A stretch of DNA of 44,990 nt, the filler included, from Jimgerdemannia flammicorona (Eukaryota), in the NCBI GenBank assembly GCA_003990765.1. It is 2 parts of 2 records of this genome, joined end to end, with 100 filler letters (N's around TTAATTAATTAA, not from the genome) between each part and the next. Parts side by side here need not be neighbours in the genome. Positions count along the whole stretch, not along the records: positions 1 to 22,446 come from RBNJ01001278.1; positions 22,547 to 44,990 come from RBNJ01001279.1. The stretch is one strand, 5' to 3'. How positions within the stretch are numbered: the first letter of the stretch is position 1; every line of letters begins with the position of its first letter. The translations under genes were made by a program, and so were the position numbers. This document shows positions 11,946 through 22,730 of the stretch, in pieces. The notes beneath the pieces were generated by a model, which was given only the letters and a program-made list of their open reading frames with translations, ran no database searches and was not told the DNA's origin.

Positions 11946-12539
11946 CATGTAATAATCACCACTCCAAACGTATTTCAGTAGTTGTCGCCCGAGGAACTGG
12001 AGATGACGGACCCGTACGCGCTCGGTTTGTTGTTGTGTTTTATGCGTGCTGGCTTCTCGTGCACTCACACTTCCTACCCCCGTCGCCGAGCTGACACGGT
12101 AGGCGAGTCAGACACGGTGCGACTGGCGGAGCGATTTGCGTGCGGTCGGCGAACGTTGCGACGTTTGTTCCATCCTTAACGATCATGGCCCAAACATCGG
12201 ATGGATCTACCCCACATCTTCTTAAATACACCAAATCCGTCGGATAATCATATTCACACCAACAACCTCAAACCATCGTGGCCGCTTCCCAGCTGGCACC
12301 AAGACATCTTCCCTTGACGCCTTGACAGCCTACATGAACGCCTCGCCCCGCACGACCAACGGCCGTGCCGGATGTTCCGATTGGGCTGGTTTGGTCCCAA
12401 CATGAAATCTTCGGTTCCCAATCCAAAACTTTTGGGCCAGGCACATGATCTCAGTCATGTGAGATTTAATGCACAAATGAAATCTGATCCCTTTAATAAT
12501 AAACTATTCTATCACCCATCATCCATCATTGCTTAATTC

Positions 12540-14469
12540 TTATGTCAAGTGACCTTTGCTACCAAGACCCTCTCTTATCTCACTCCATTTTTCAAGACCC
12601 TTAGAACGACCTTTGCTACTGCTTCCAGCTCGCCGTATTCGCCGCATTCGCCGCATTCCAGCTCGCTGCATTCCAGCAATTTCGTAAGTATTAGCTTTGC
12701 GTTCCAACTCACAGCATCCGTCACAGTTCATCTCACTGCTTGGTAATTATCAGTACTCGCTGCTCGATCTCTTGCATTTCAACTCGTCGCATTCCAACTC
12801 GCCGAATACCAGCTCTTCGCTGTATTCCAGCTTGCCGCATTCCAGCTTGCCGCATTCCAGTTCACTGCATTCCTGTTCTGTCACTGACCCCACCTCTGCC
12901 AACAGATCACACTTAGTCCATCATTGTCATCATCATCATCAGATTGTCATTCATAGTCTATCATCATTGCACTTAGTCTGTCATTACCATTTTAGGCCAT
13001 CAGTTATACTTAATCTGTCATTGCCATTCTGGGATTATCACTATTCAATCATCACTGTTTCATCATTGCTGTTCTGGATTATCACCATTTTGGATCATCA
13101 CTGTTCTAGATTATCATTTAACTCTTTTATCTCAAATCTTATTATAAATAATATCAACTTTATCTCCAACTCCTCTTCTATCTTAAATTATATTTTAACT
13201 ATAGACCAAAGAGATTACAGTTTATAGTTTATAATTATTTTATTATTCAGAATAATAAATTCAAATATAAGCACTATAAATAAGTATGAATTTTGTTAAG
13301 AAATTTATTTATATTAGATATTGTCATTTATCTACTATATATATAATTTTTTATTATTTTTATTTACTTTTTTATATTACTTAAAGAGATATTTATATAT
13401 AATAGTTAAAAATAGATCTACTTTTTCTTTTATAATAATTTCTTAGTTATAACTTAATTATAGTATATTTTTTATATTATTTTTTCAGTCTTTTCTTATC
13501 TTTTTATAAATATTTTATAATATTTTGATACTTTCTAAATACTTTCTTAATACTAAGACTTTACTAGAATATTTTTATCTTTTCTCATTACTAAGTATCT
13601 TAACTAGTTATAGAACTTCTTAAAATATTATAGAACTATATTAATCATCTTTTGTCAAGATTACTTTCTTGATTTATTTCTAAGATTCTTTCAGATTCTT
13701 CTTTCAGATCTTATATAAATAGCCTTTCTATCTACTTGAATAAAACTCAGAATATTTCTTTCAGAGATTCTTCAAGACTATCTAAATCTTTAAGTATTTT
13801 TTTAAACTACTTTAAGTCTATTAAAACTTTTAGATTTAGTTATTTTCTTTTAAAGAAACTAGAATTATTATACTTGATATTATTATATACCTATAAGTTA
13901 TTGGAAATTTCAACTAGTAGTCATAGTTATCCAAAATAGTATAAATGTGTATAAATATACCCAGTATAACATATTTAGTTATAGTCTCAAATATATATAA
14001 ATACTCTCTATACTGAGTATATTATAATCTTAGCTCTACTTTTTCCAAATATAAGAATAAAGTAGTATTCTTATTATAGAACTCTCAGATCTGACTTCTT
14101 AATGATTCTAAGTCTGATCAACTTAAGATATAAGTATAGTACCTTTATTAGTATAAGAACTTGAAAGCAATATCTAGACTCTATTACAATAAGTAATTGG
14201 AACTCAGTACTTCTTCAAAAACTCAAAACTTAGAACTAATAGTCACTATTAACTATATATCTACAATATATTAATTCTATTAGTATATAGTTTTATTATA
14301 ATTTGGTAGTAGTAGAAGTTACTTCCTACTCATAAGCAATCTTTCTTCAAGAATCTACTATAGACAATTAGAATCAGTTAATATTGCTAACATTATTAGT
14401 AATAGTCAAGAAGTATCTTTACTCTGAATACTTCTCAGACTCAAGCTAAAGAATCTAATAGAATTATTA
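12540..14469. mobile_element. Eroded repeat/LTR-retrotransposon relics, family unassigned
   Basis: Starts TGTCAAG with short gccgcattcc repeats; CpG fades out by about 12900; LTR-like tatataaatag/aataaa block at about 13710-13745. No protein motif recognisable. Confidence 0.4.
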
Positions 14470-15504
14470 TATTATATCTTTAATACCATTATTGATACTG
14501 GTGCTGGAGGATGTCTCATGAGTAAGAAGGCAATTGACTGCTTAGGCTGGGACATTGAAGAGTCCACCAAGATAGTCTATATTATAGTAGATAATATATA
14601 AACTATCCTCTTTGAAAAAATCTGAGAAGTCTCCATCAAGATAAGAAGAGCTATCATCCTAGTAGATGTGATTGTTACAAGTACTACCAACTATGATATC
14701 CTCATTGGTAACCAATGGCTTCACAAAGTCAAGGCCATCATTGATCTTAATACCCAGAAGATACAGATCAACTATAGAGGAAGAAAGGTATGAGTCTCTA
14801 TCAATGTCCACAAAGAAGTCCTACTAGATATAGAGGAAGGAGATAAAGAGGATACAGAAGTCTTCATGTACTCAGTGAAGAATAAGAATAAGACACCCAA
14901 GCTTACAGATAAGCAGTGGTACAATAAGATCATCAATGACTATATTCCTCAAGAAAGGGTACTAGAATGTACTGCTCTGAATACCTGAATTACTACTGGT
15001 TCTATATCAGTGAAGTCAGGAAAATCCACCAACAGAAATATGAGCAAGAAGCTGCTGAAGTAAAAAAGAAAGCTGAAGAAGATGACCAATCCTCCAAGCT
15101 TCAAGCTGACAGTGATGATGAGGAGAAACAAGAATCAGATATCACTCTCAAGGTCAAGAAGTTTCACTCTGAAGCCAAGATCCCAGAATATAAGACTGAA
15201 GGAGCCATAAGAATAGACCTTACCAGCATTCAAGATGCTACTCTCAAACCACAGACTACCACCCTACTTGGCACTAGAATTGGAGTCAAGTTACCAGAAA
15301 ACTATATCAGAATTATCACCAGAAGCAGTCTGGCCAAAAGCAAAATCTCAGTTAAAGGAAGAGTAATTGACTCTGATTATACTAATAAGATCTTTTTCAT
15401 AGTCAGGAATCACAACCCCACTACCCCATTCAAAGTCAAGAAGTATGACAGGATTGGCCAGATACTGATCTATGAAATCAAGAACAAAAAGAGTGATATC
15501 ATCT
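14470..15504 (+). mobile_element. Ty3/gypsy family 1 fragment (copy A): protease - domain X - dUTPase, fused by deletion to start of RNase H
   Basis: IIDTGAGGCLMS and YDILIGNQWL (retropepsin); RSSLA, GRVIDSDYTNKI, DRIGQ (dUTPase); colinear with the reverse complement of 30870-31900; then QEQKE*YH matching RNase H that resumes at 21386. Confidence 0.88.
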
Positions 15505-15581
15505 TTCTCTGGTAATATTCAGGTTACACAATCTTTTGGTAACACTTTCAACATAGTTTCTGGAGAAAAGCTACTAGTATC

Positions 15582-17607
15582 ATGGCGACCAATGAGCATC
15601 CGGAGGTGCAAACTGGGCAGGGTGACCCTGGAGTGTTTGAATGGCAGCAAGTGGGGAGAGGCCCCAGCTTGGGGGGAAGTATAAGGGGCCTGCTGGCAGG
15701 AGGCTGCAGTGGAGAAGGAGGCAGAGCTGGAGGTCAAGGGTCTGGCAGGGTGAGCTTTGCGGAGAAGATGAAGGGGAGTCGGCAGGGAGCTGGACTGAAG
15801 AGCTAGCTGAGAGAGGAGAAGGTACTGGTGAAGGCTACCAGGCAGCAACCTCTTGGGGGTACCTCTCTGGAGGGCCATAGGGGTGGAGCTGGGGAGGTAG
15901 CAGCTGGGGTAGGGACTGCTGATAGGGTGTGATGGGCAATCTGGAAAAAAATCTAGATAGGACTGCTGATAGTGAGCCGAGCAGTGGGAAGGGCATGAGG
16001 CCCAGGGATCTGGTGGATGGTGTAATGAGACTGGCGGTGGCTCCATTACTCAAGAAGTTGATCTTGGCATTCGCGGTCACACTGTGCTTCTGGGGCTTAG
16101 CAGTGACAGAAAAAATGGTGTTGGGGCTTATTACTAAGCAGGTGGCAGAAGCAGCTTCGGTGAAGTTTCTGAAGGGACTGGAGGGGGTGGAGGTGGGTTT
16201 TGAGGAGGTTGAACTGCTAGAGGAGGTACTGAAGGTTGGGTTGGTGGTTGGGGAGGTATGTGTTCCGATAGTGAGGTATTTGAAATGGGATCCAAGGGTG
16301 GTCCAACTGCTGGTGAAAGGAGTACCCATAGTAATGGTGATGGAGACAAGGAAGAGAGTGGAGGATGTCATGGTGGAGTACAGAGAGGTGGTGGATATCA
16401 GATTCAGGGTCTGGGAAGGGACCATGCTCAGGACTGGGGACATGGATGTGAGGATTTGGCTGGCTGGAAAAGAGGCTACTGGGAAGACAAGGGACTGGCC
16501 TTCAGTAATGGTTTGGGGAGCATTTCTGTGCAAGATGATATAGGTGAAAGGAAGTGAAGAAGAGGAGGAATATTTATTGGAAGCACTGGAGGAGCTAGAT
16601 GGGGCTGTGAAATGGTAAGCTAAGGCCTAGAAGACTTTCGAGGAGTTGACGCACCTGGAGGTGGTGGATGGAAAGAGGATTCGAGTGGACAAGGTGCAGT
16701 GGGAAAGGGCTCAGGGGCAGAAGAGGCAGAAGGATCTGCTGGCTAAACTGGGGAGTGGACCACAAAAGGATGCGAGCATGAAGATGGGTGCAGAAGGGGC
16801 CGAAGCGAGTGTCTGGACTGATGAGAGGAGTGAGAATGATGGGACAAAGACAGAGAAGGCAAAAGAGGTGAATATTAGCAACCCATATGCTGATGACACC
16901 TTGGAGGTTTGGGATGAAGTCTGGGAGAACTCCCCACTCCTTCCCCTCTTATCAGGTGTGGCCCGGCTTCTAGGAACAAGTCTGGGGAGGACATGATGAT
17001 ACTGGGGACCTAGCAGGTGAAATTCAGCATTCCAAAGATAATGAATGGGGACCAAGTAGTGACGGCTGGGGAGGAGGAACTGGTGGATGTCCCGGAGGTG
17101 TGGGATGAGGATATGAGTGCTGGAGCTGACACCATGATGCTGGACAGAGGGAGGCTGGTGACCCCTAGTGGGAAGGAGGTGGGGAACCTACTTTGGGTGT
17201 GCCGGATGATGAATAACCTGGCAGCAGAAGAGCTGGGGGAGGTGGACTTGCATGGGATAGGTGATGAGTACTGGATGAGAATTTTGCAGGGGGAAGGAGT
17301 GGTGATGGTGCTGAAGGTGGAAATTCTCGCAGTATATCTGGAGGAGGAAGGGTATGAGGTGGACAAGGAGAGGGAGGCAGAGTTGGCAGTTATTGCTGGG
17401 GAGAAGGCTGAGTACTGTTGAAACAGGCATCATGGATTGCAGCTTTGGCAGGAGACTTGCATCGAGTACAGAGAGGAGTTTGAGAAGAAGGCTGATGAGA
17501 AGATGAATGAGCTGTTGGCTGAACTGGAGGCTCAGAGGGCTGAAGAGGAGGAGGTGATGGCTGAACATAATCTGGACATAGTACAGGAGATGGGCATGGA
17601 GCAGTAG
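15582..17607 (+). pseudogene. LINE ORF1 (interrupted)
   Basis: ATG at 15582, Gly-rich start, SFAEKMK motif; position upstream of ORF2; multiple stops. Confidence 0.65.
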
Positions 17608-17637
17608 GGATTGATTGAGAACAAACCATATTTCATT

Positions 17638-20600
17638 ATGAACAGTATAACCAATATTTTTTCATTGAACGTGAATAGGCTAAGGGGCACAGTTAGATGC
17701 AGGAACATTTTTATTTGGTTGAAGGGATTGGAGGCCGATCTCTTCCTCTTGTAGGATATCAGGTGCGAGGATGATTCTGATAGAATGGAATGGACTAAGG
17801 AATAGGGTGGCATAGCAATTTGGAACAGCAAGGTCAGGATTCTGGTTCGGAAAGACAGAGGGGAGATAAGGGATGTGAGGAGCTGGGGGGAGAGACTGGT
17901 CTGGGGTGAGTGGATTCATGCAGGTTGGGAGCCAGTCACAGTTGGCTCCTGTTACTACCCTGCTGTGTGGGGGGAGCATGTGGATTGGGTGAAAGGGCTC
18001 CTAGAGAGTGGGATCCTTGCTGAAGCTGAGTTGGATATGCTTGGAGGAGATTTCAATATGGTTTGGGATGTACGGCTGGATAGAACTGATGGAGGATGGG
18101 GTGCTGAGAGCAGGAGTGGGGGGCTGGCAATGTGGGAGGAGGTCAAAAGACTAGGAGCACTGGTAGATACTGGTAGGGAGTACTGGGGGGACAGGAGGAT
18201 ATATACGCATTGGGCTGGAGGTCTGGAGACAAGGATTGACTGGATTCTGACAGCCGACTGTTGGGGCCGCAATGTTTGGAAGGTGCTAGAGGTAGAATGG
18301 TGTCCGTAGTCAGATTACTGATGCCTTTTGGGACAGGGGTATTTTGGGGGAAGTGGTGATGGGCCTAGACATTGGCATCTAAATTCCTCCTTGTTGGATG
18401 ATGAGTTCCAGTGGGAGGAGTGGGTGAAAGACATTCAGCTGAAGGTGGTGAATTGGCAGCAGAAAGGGGCTGCAATTGGGGTTCAGTGGATGAGGATGAA
18501 AGAGATAGCCAGGATGTATTGAAGCGAGGCTGGCAGAGTGGCTGGGAAGCAGTGAAGGCGGAGAGTGCATTGGGCTTCTACTAGATTGACTAAGCTCCTG
18601 GAGGAGTGGGCGAGACTGGCAGTAGTGGAGGGAGAAGAGGATTGGAGAATAATGAGGGTGAAGATAGAGGTTGAGGAACTACAACAGGTGCTGTGAGAAG
18701 AGAAAGAGTCAAGGATGCAAGGCCTGGTGGCACGGCTTCATTGGCAGAGGCTGAAGGAAGGAGAGAGGTCTTCCAAGTTTCTCATGAGGATACTTTGAGC
18801 GAGAAGGATACAGCAGTGGTGGGAAGGGGTACTTGACTTAGATGGTATACTAGTGCATAGTGTACAGGATATCCTTGGAACACTGAAGGCACAATAGAGT
18901 GGATTGTGGAGTGAGAAGGAGGGTGGAGCAGATGCTATAGCCATTGACCAAACATTAGAAGATTGGTACCCACCACAAGCTGAGGGATTAGGTGACCTGG
19001 TGATGCCTGTAAAGGAGGACGAGATCCACCAGGTTCTTGCCACAACAGCCTTGGGTATAGTGCCTGGGGAGGATGGCCTCCCCTGAGACTTCTGGAAGCG
19101 AATGGTTGGAGTCCCAGACATGTTGGGGGAGTTGACAGCACTGTGTGACTCTATATTGCAGTCAGAGAGATGGGTGGGGGAGCAGGATCTTAGACTGGTG
19201 ATGCTGCTTTATAAGAACAAGAGAAGGTGAGAGGATTGGAAGAACTGGCAGCTGATAATGTTGCTAGATATAGACAGAAAGTTGGTGACTAAGGTGGTGG
19301 TTGCAAGGCTACAGAAGGTAGCCCAGCAAATTGTGGGTATTGAGCAGAGGAGCTTCATAGGGGGTTGGCTTATTAGAGATGACATGGCCTGGGTACATGG
19401 AGTTATTGAAGGTACTTGAGCCTGTGGACTGGATGGGCATCTTGTCTTCTTGGATCAGGAGAAGGCTTATGACCAGGTGCAGTGAGTCTGGCTGGCGAAA
19501 GTATTAGATAGAATTGGGGTTCCAGTCCCATTTCAGTTGACGATAGTCAGCCTACTGGAAAGGAGTAGGGCTGTGCTCGTGTGTAATGGGCATAGAGGGG
19601 TAGCATTCCCTCTAGGTAGGGGAGTGCCCCAGGGGGACCCACTGTTCCCCATTTTGTATGCTCTTTTCTTGGAACCTCTAATGGATAGAATTCGGCAGAG
19701 GATAGTGGGGCTCTCTATCTATGGAGTTGGCTGGAAAGTTGGAGCCTTTGCAGATAACATGGTGGTTGATTTGGGAGTGACTGCGGATGTTGAGGAGTTC
19801 AAGAAGACAGTAGAGTGGTATAAGGAGAACTCTGGGGCGAAGCTGAATTGGCACAAGTGCGAAACAATAGTACTGGGCAATGGCCTGGTGGACAGAGAAG
19901 TTATTGGAACAATTGTCCCCACCAGAGAGGCAGTGCGGTACTTGGACATCTATTTGTCAGTCTATGGGTCTGTTCTGCCCAGGCTGTGGTGAGAGCAGAG
20001 GATTGGAAATTGGGAGGAGGACCTGCAGGGTTGGGGGGGAAGACACTTCTCTCTAGCAGGAAGGATCTCAATTTTGAATATATACTGGCTACTGAAGCTA
20101 TGGTATTTGGCTTATCATCTGGACTTCCCAGTCTGGATGGTGAAGAGATTGGTGAAGGTGGCCAAGGGATGGATTTGGGCTAGCAGACAGAGTCAGATTG
20201 GTTGGGAGACTTTGTCTCTACTGGTGGCAAGAGGTGGTCTTAGGCTGGTGGACTTCCCCAAAAGACTACACTGCTTGAGGGCATGGTGGCTTAGGAGGGC
20301 AGTAGAGTTGTGTAGAGAGGACTGGGTTCCCCTGCTACAGAAGGTATGGGAGAGGCAGATATTATCAAGAGGCTTAACTGGTGATCTTCTTTCATTAGTT
20401 GGGCTTCAGAACACTGCGCAACTGAGATATAAAGGCTTCTGGTGGGGGATAGCCAAGGGGACACACCACATTGGTATTCACTGGTGAGGGGATGAGGGGG
20501 AAAGAGCTTGGGGCCCAGTAATGTAGAGATGGGATGATATTCTTCTGGGAGGTATACCTTTACTTGAGTTCAACATTGGTGATAGAATCAAATGCCAAAG

Positions 20601-21293
20601 GGGACCAGGCCAGGATCTGTGGCCTAGTGATTAGCAAGGAGTTGGAATTGGTGAGGAGTGGGACTGGCATGGAGTTTGGACCTGGAGTACCGCAGTGAAA
20701 AATTGGATGCTGCTGAAGTACTGGGTGGTCTGGTGGTACATACTGAGGAGAAATGTGATGCTTAACTTCTGCTCAGAACACCTTGTTGTAGGGGGCTGCT
20801 TTGACTGTGAGGAGTGCCATAATGTAAAGCAGGAAGGATATTTATACAGATACCAGAACATTGGCTAGGGGAGTGTGAGATATTGGGAGACTTTTGGTGG
20901 GCCATTAGGGACTACTTGGGGGTAAGGCGTAGGGGTGATGATATACGGGGGAGGTGGGAGGACCTGAGGGATCGATTGATAGGAGGGGTAGGGAAGGAGT
21001 AAATTACTCTAGGCTGGGTATTGGCTATTTGGGTTGGGCTGGCCAGTTACTGGCTATTTGTATTTGAGGAGGAGAGGTAATAGAGCTTGGGGAGTCAGTT
21101 ATTATGGTGGCAGTGTCTTATGGAGAATACCTTGACAGGCTGGTGGCTTGGTTGGGGGCTGCAGGGGGGTCAGAGGCACCACTTAGTAGTGAAAATCTGT
21201 GGTCAGAGTAGTGGAAGAGTTGGAGTTATTGGTGAGAGAGTGGTCTTTATATGTGAAGAGGTGGGGAGGGGCCCCCCAATGGGGATTGGATAG
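17638..21293 (+). pseudogene. LINE ORF2: APE endonuclease + reverse transcriptase (interrupted)
   Basis: IFSLNVNRLR, LGGDFNMV, TRIDWIL (APE); LDQEKAYD, GVPQGDPL, AFADNM, RYLDI (RT); C-terminal Cys motif CFDCEEC. Confidence 0.9.
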
Positions 21294-21352
21294 TGGGTGG
21301 TGATATTGTATACTTATTCATAAACTGGTAATAAAGACAGAGTCCAAGGGAC

Positions 21353-21385
<33 letters not shown>

Positions 21386-21387
<2 letters not shown>

Positions 21388-21565
21388 ACATCACCCTATT
21401 GCCTTCAAGTCTTACAAGTTGATCTCAGCTAAATAAAAGCTAGTCACTTATATGAAAGAGCTACTGACAATAATACATACATTAGAATACTAATAATACT
21501 ATCTAGAAGATATTGAATTTGATATCATTACTAATCATCAATCTCTCAAATATATCAATATCTAT
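21386..21565 (+). mobile_element. Ty3/gypsy RNase H fragment, continuation of copy A after the LINE
   Basis: GHHPIAFKSYKL...KELLTIIHTLEY**YYLEDIEFDIITNHQSLKY. Confidence 0.85.
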
Positions 21566-21961
21566 TGTGAAAGAGAAGTAATTTTATTAAAGTTATATAG
21601 GTCATATATTTCTCATATTACTGATAAATAATATAAATCTGATGGAATGATATAAGGTTACATACTGACATATTAAGTTGCCATCTTAATACTCTTGCTC
21701 AATGAGATATATAACCAAAAAAAAAGAAAATACAACATATACTTAAAAAAAAAGAATATAAACTAGAATAGAAGCAAACTAGAGTAAACTAAATATGACC
21801 AATAGGATGCTATCTAGTGTGATAAACCAAAATGTACTGCCTGAATTATATCTTAACCAGATGATGCAAACAATTAGGCAAGATGATGTGAATATACAGC
21901 ATAGTAACCAGCAACCATTGCTGCAGAAAACTGTATAAATAGCCAGATATACCAGAAAGGG
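21566..21961 (-). mobile_element. 3' end of a Ty1/copia element: short 126-bp LTR (21566-21691), PPT and some internal sequence
   Basis: Reverse complement reads ttgagcaagag|tattaag...aataaaatt..ctttcaca, homologous to 22599-22730 and 25602-25737. Confidence 0.7.
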
Positions 21962-22446
21962 TGTAATAGAATGATGAACGATGAGCGATCACGTGACCCG
22001 GCGAGCGATGACGTCACCATACGATCGAAGCACGACATATGAATAGCGAGTACGAACAATGCGAAACGACGCGGAAAACGATATCCAGCTTACCCCCAAC
22101 AATCGGCGCCACAGTCAGTGCCGCAGCAACAGTTGCCACAGTTGCTGATCATTGCCTAGTAATTGAGGTCCTGATCACAAAGTTGTTTTTGCCAAAAACC
22201 ACCTGACAAAGGTCGCGATCACAAACCTTATTATAGTTACCAAATTAGTCACTCATACTTAGTCAGAAATCGCGGACCAACTTGTATAAATACCCCCCAG
22301 TTTTCCATCCGAAATAAACCAGTTTTAGTTCAGTCCTTGATACAAGAATCAAGTCCCCCCCACACACACACATTCCCCTGAGTCTTAGTAATGACATCTA
22401 AGTGACTCTAGTGTTTCTGACTAAACTCCAGAAGCCTAGCTAACTT
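21962..22446 (+). mobile_element. Gypsy family 2 LTR, 5' 485 bp (cut by contig end); CpG-retaining copy
   Basis: Begins TGTAATAG; colinear with 33219-33690; TATA (tgtataaatacc) and AATAAA present. Confidence 0.9.
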
Positions 22447-22546
22447 NNNNNNNNNNNNNNNNNNNNNNNNNNNNNNNNNNNNNNNNNNNNTTAATTAATT
22501 AANNNNNNNNNNNNNNNNNNNNNNNNNNNNNNNNNNNNNNNNNNNN
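22447..22546. other. Artificial contig linker / gap (N44-TTAATTAATTAA-N44)
   Basis: Exactly 100 nt; the central 12-mer gives stops in all six frames. Confidence 0.95.
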
Positions 22547-22587
22547 TTTTGGGTATATAATATATATTTTTTTAAATACATATCTTA

Positions 22588-22730
22588 TTGAGTAGGAGTA
22601 TTGGGATAGTAACTCAATATATAGGTATGTTACTTTATGATATATACTATTTTATTAGATTTATATTTTTTATCAGTAATATGTAAAATATTGAACCCAT
22701 GCAACTTCAATAAAATTGACTTCTTTCACA
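22588..22730 (+). mobile_element. Copia PPT + short 3' LTR (22599-22730)
   Basis: ttgagtaggag followed by t(a/g)ttggg...aataaa...tttcaca; homologous to two other copies in the window. Confidence 0.7.

Larger units (their letters stand above)
15505..21385 (+). mobile_element. Near full-length, degenerate non-LTR retrotransposon (L1/Tx1-like LINE)
   Basis: Two broken ORFs, AATAAA and 30-nt poly(A) tail (21356-21385); eroded TSD gatatcatct (15495-15504) vs gacatcaccc (21387-21396), differing only by C>T. Confidence 0.92.

Noticed and set aside
14967..15515. Host dUTPase gene
   Set aside because: Embedded in a gypsy polyprotein, lacks motif 5 and is eroded.
15519..20861. Many minus-strand S/P/L-rich ORFs
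   Set aside because: Artefacts of the G-rich LINE sense strand.
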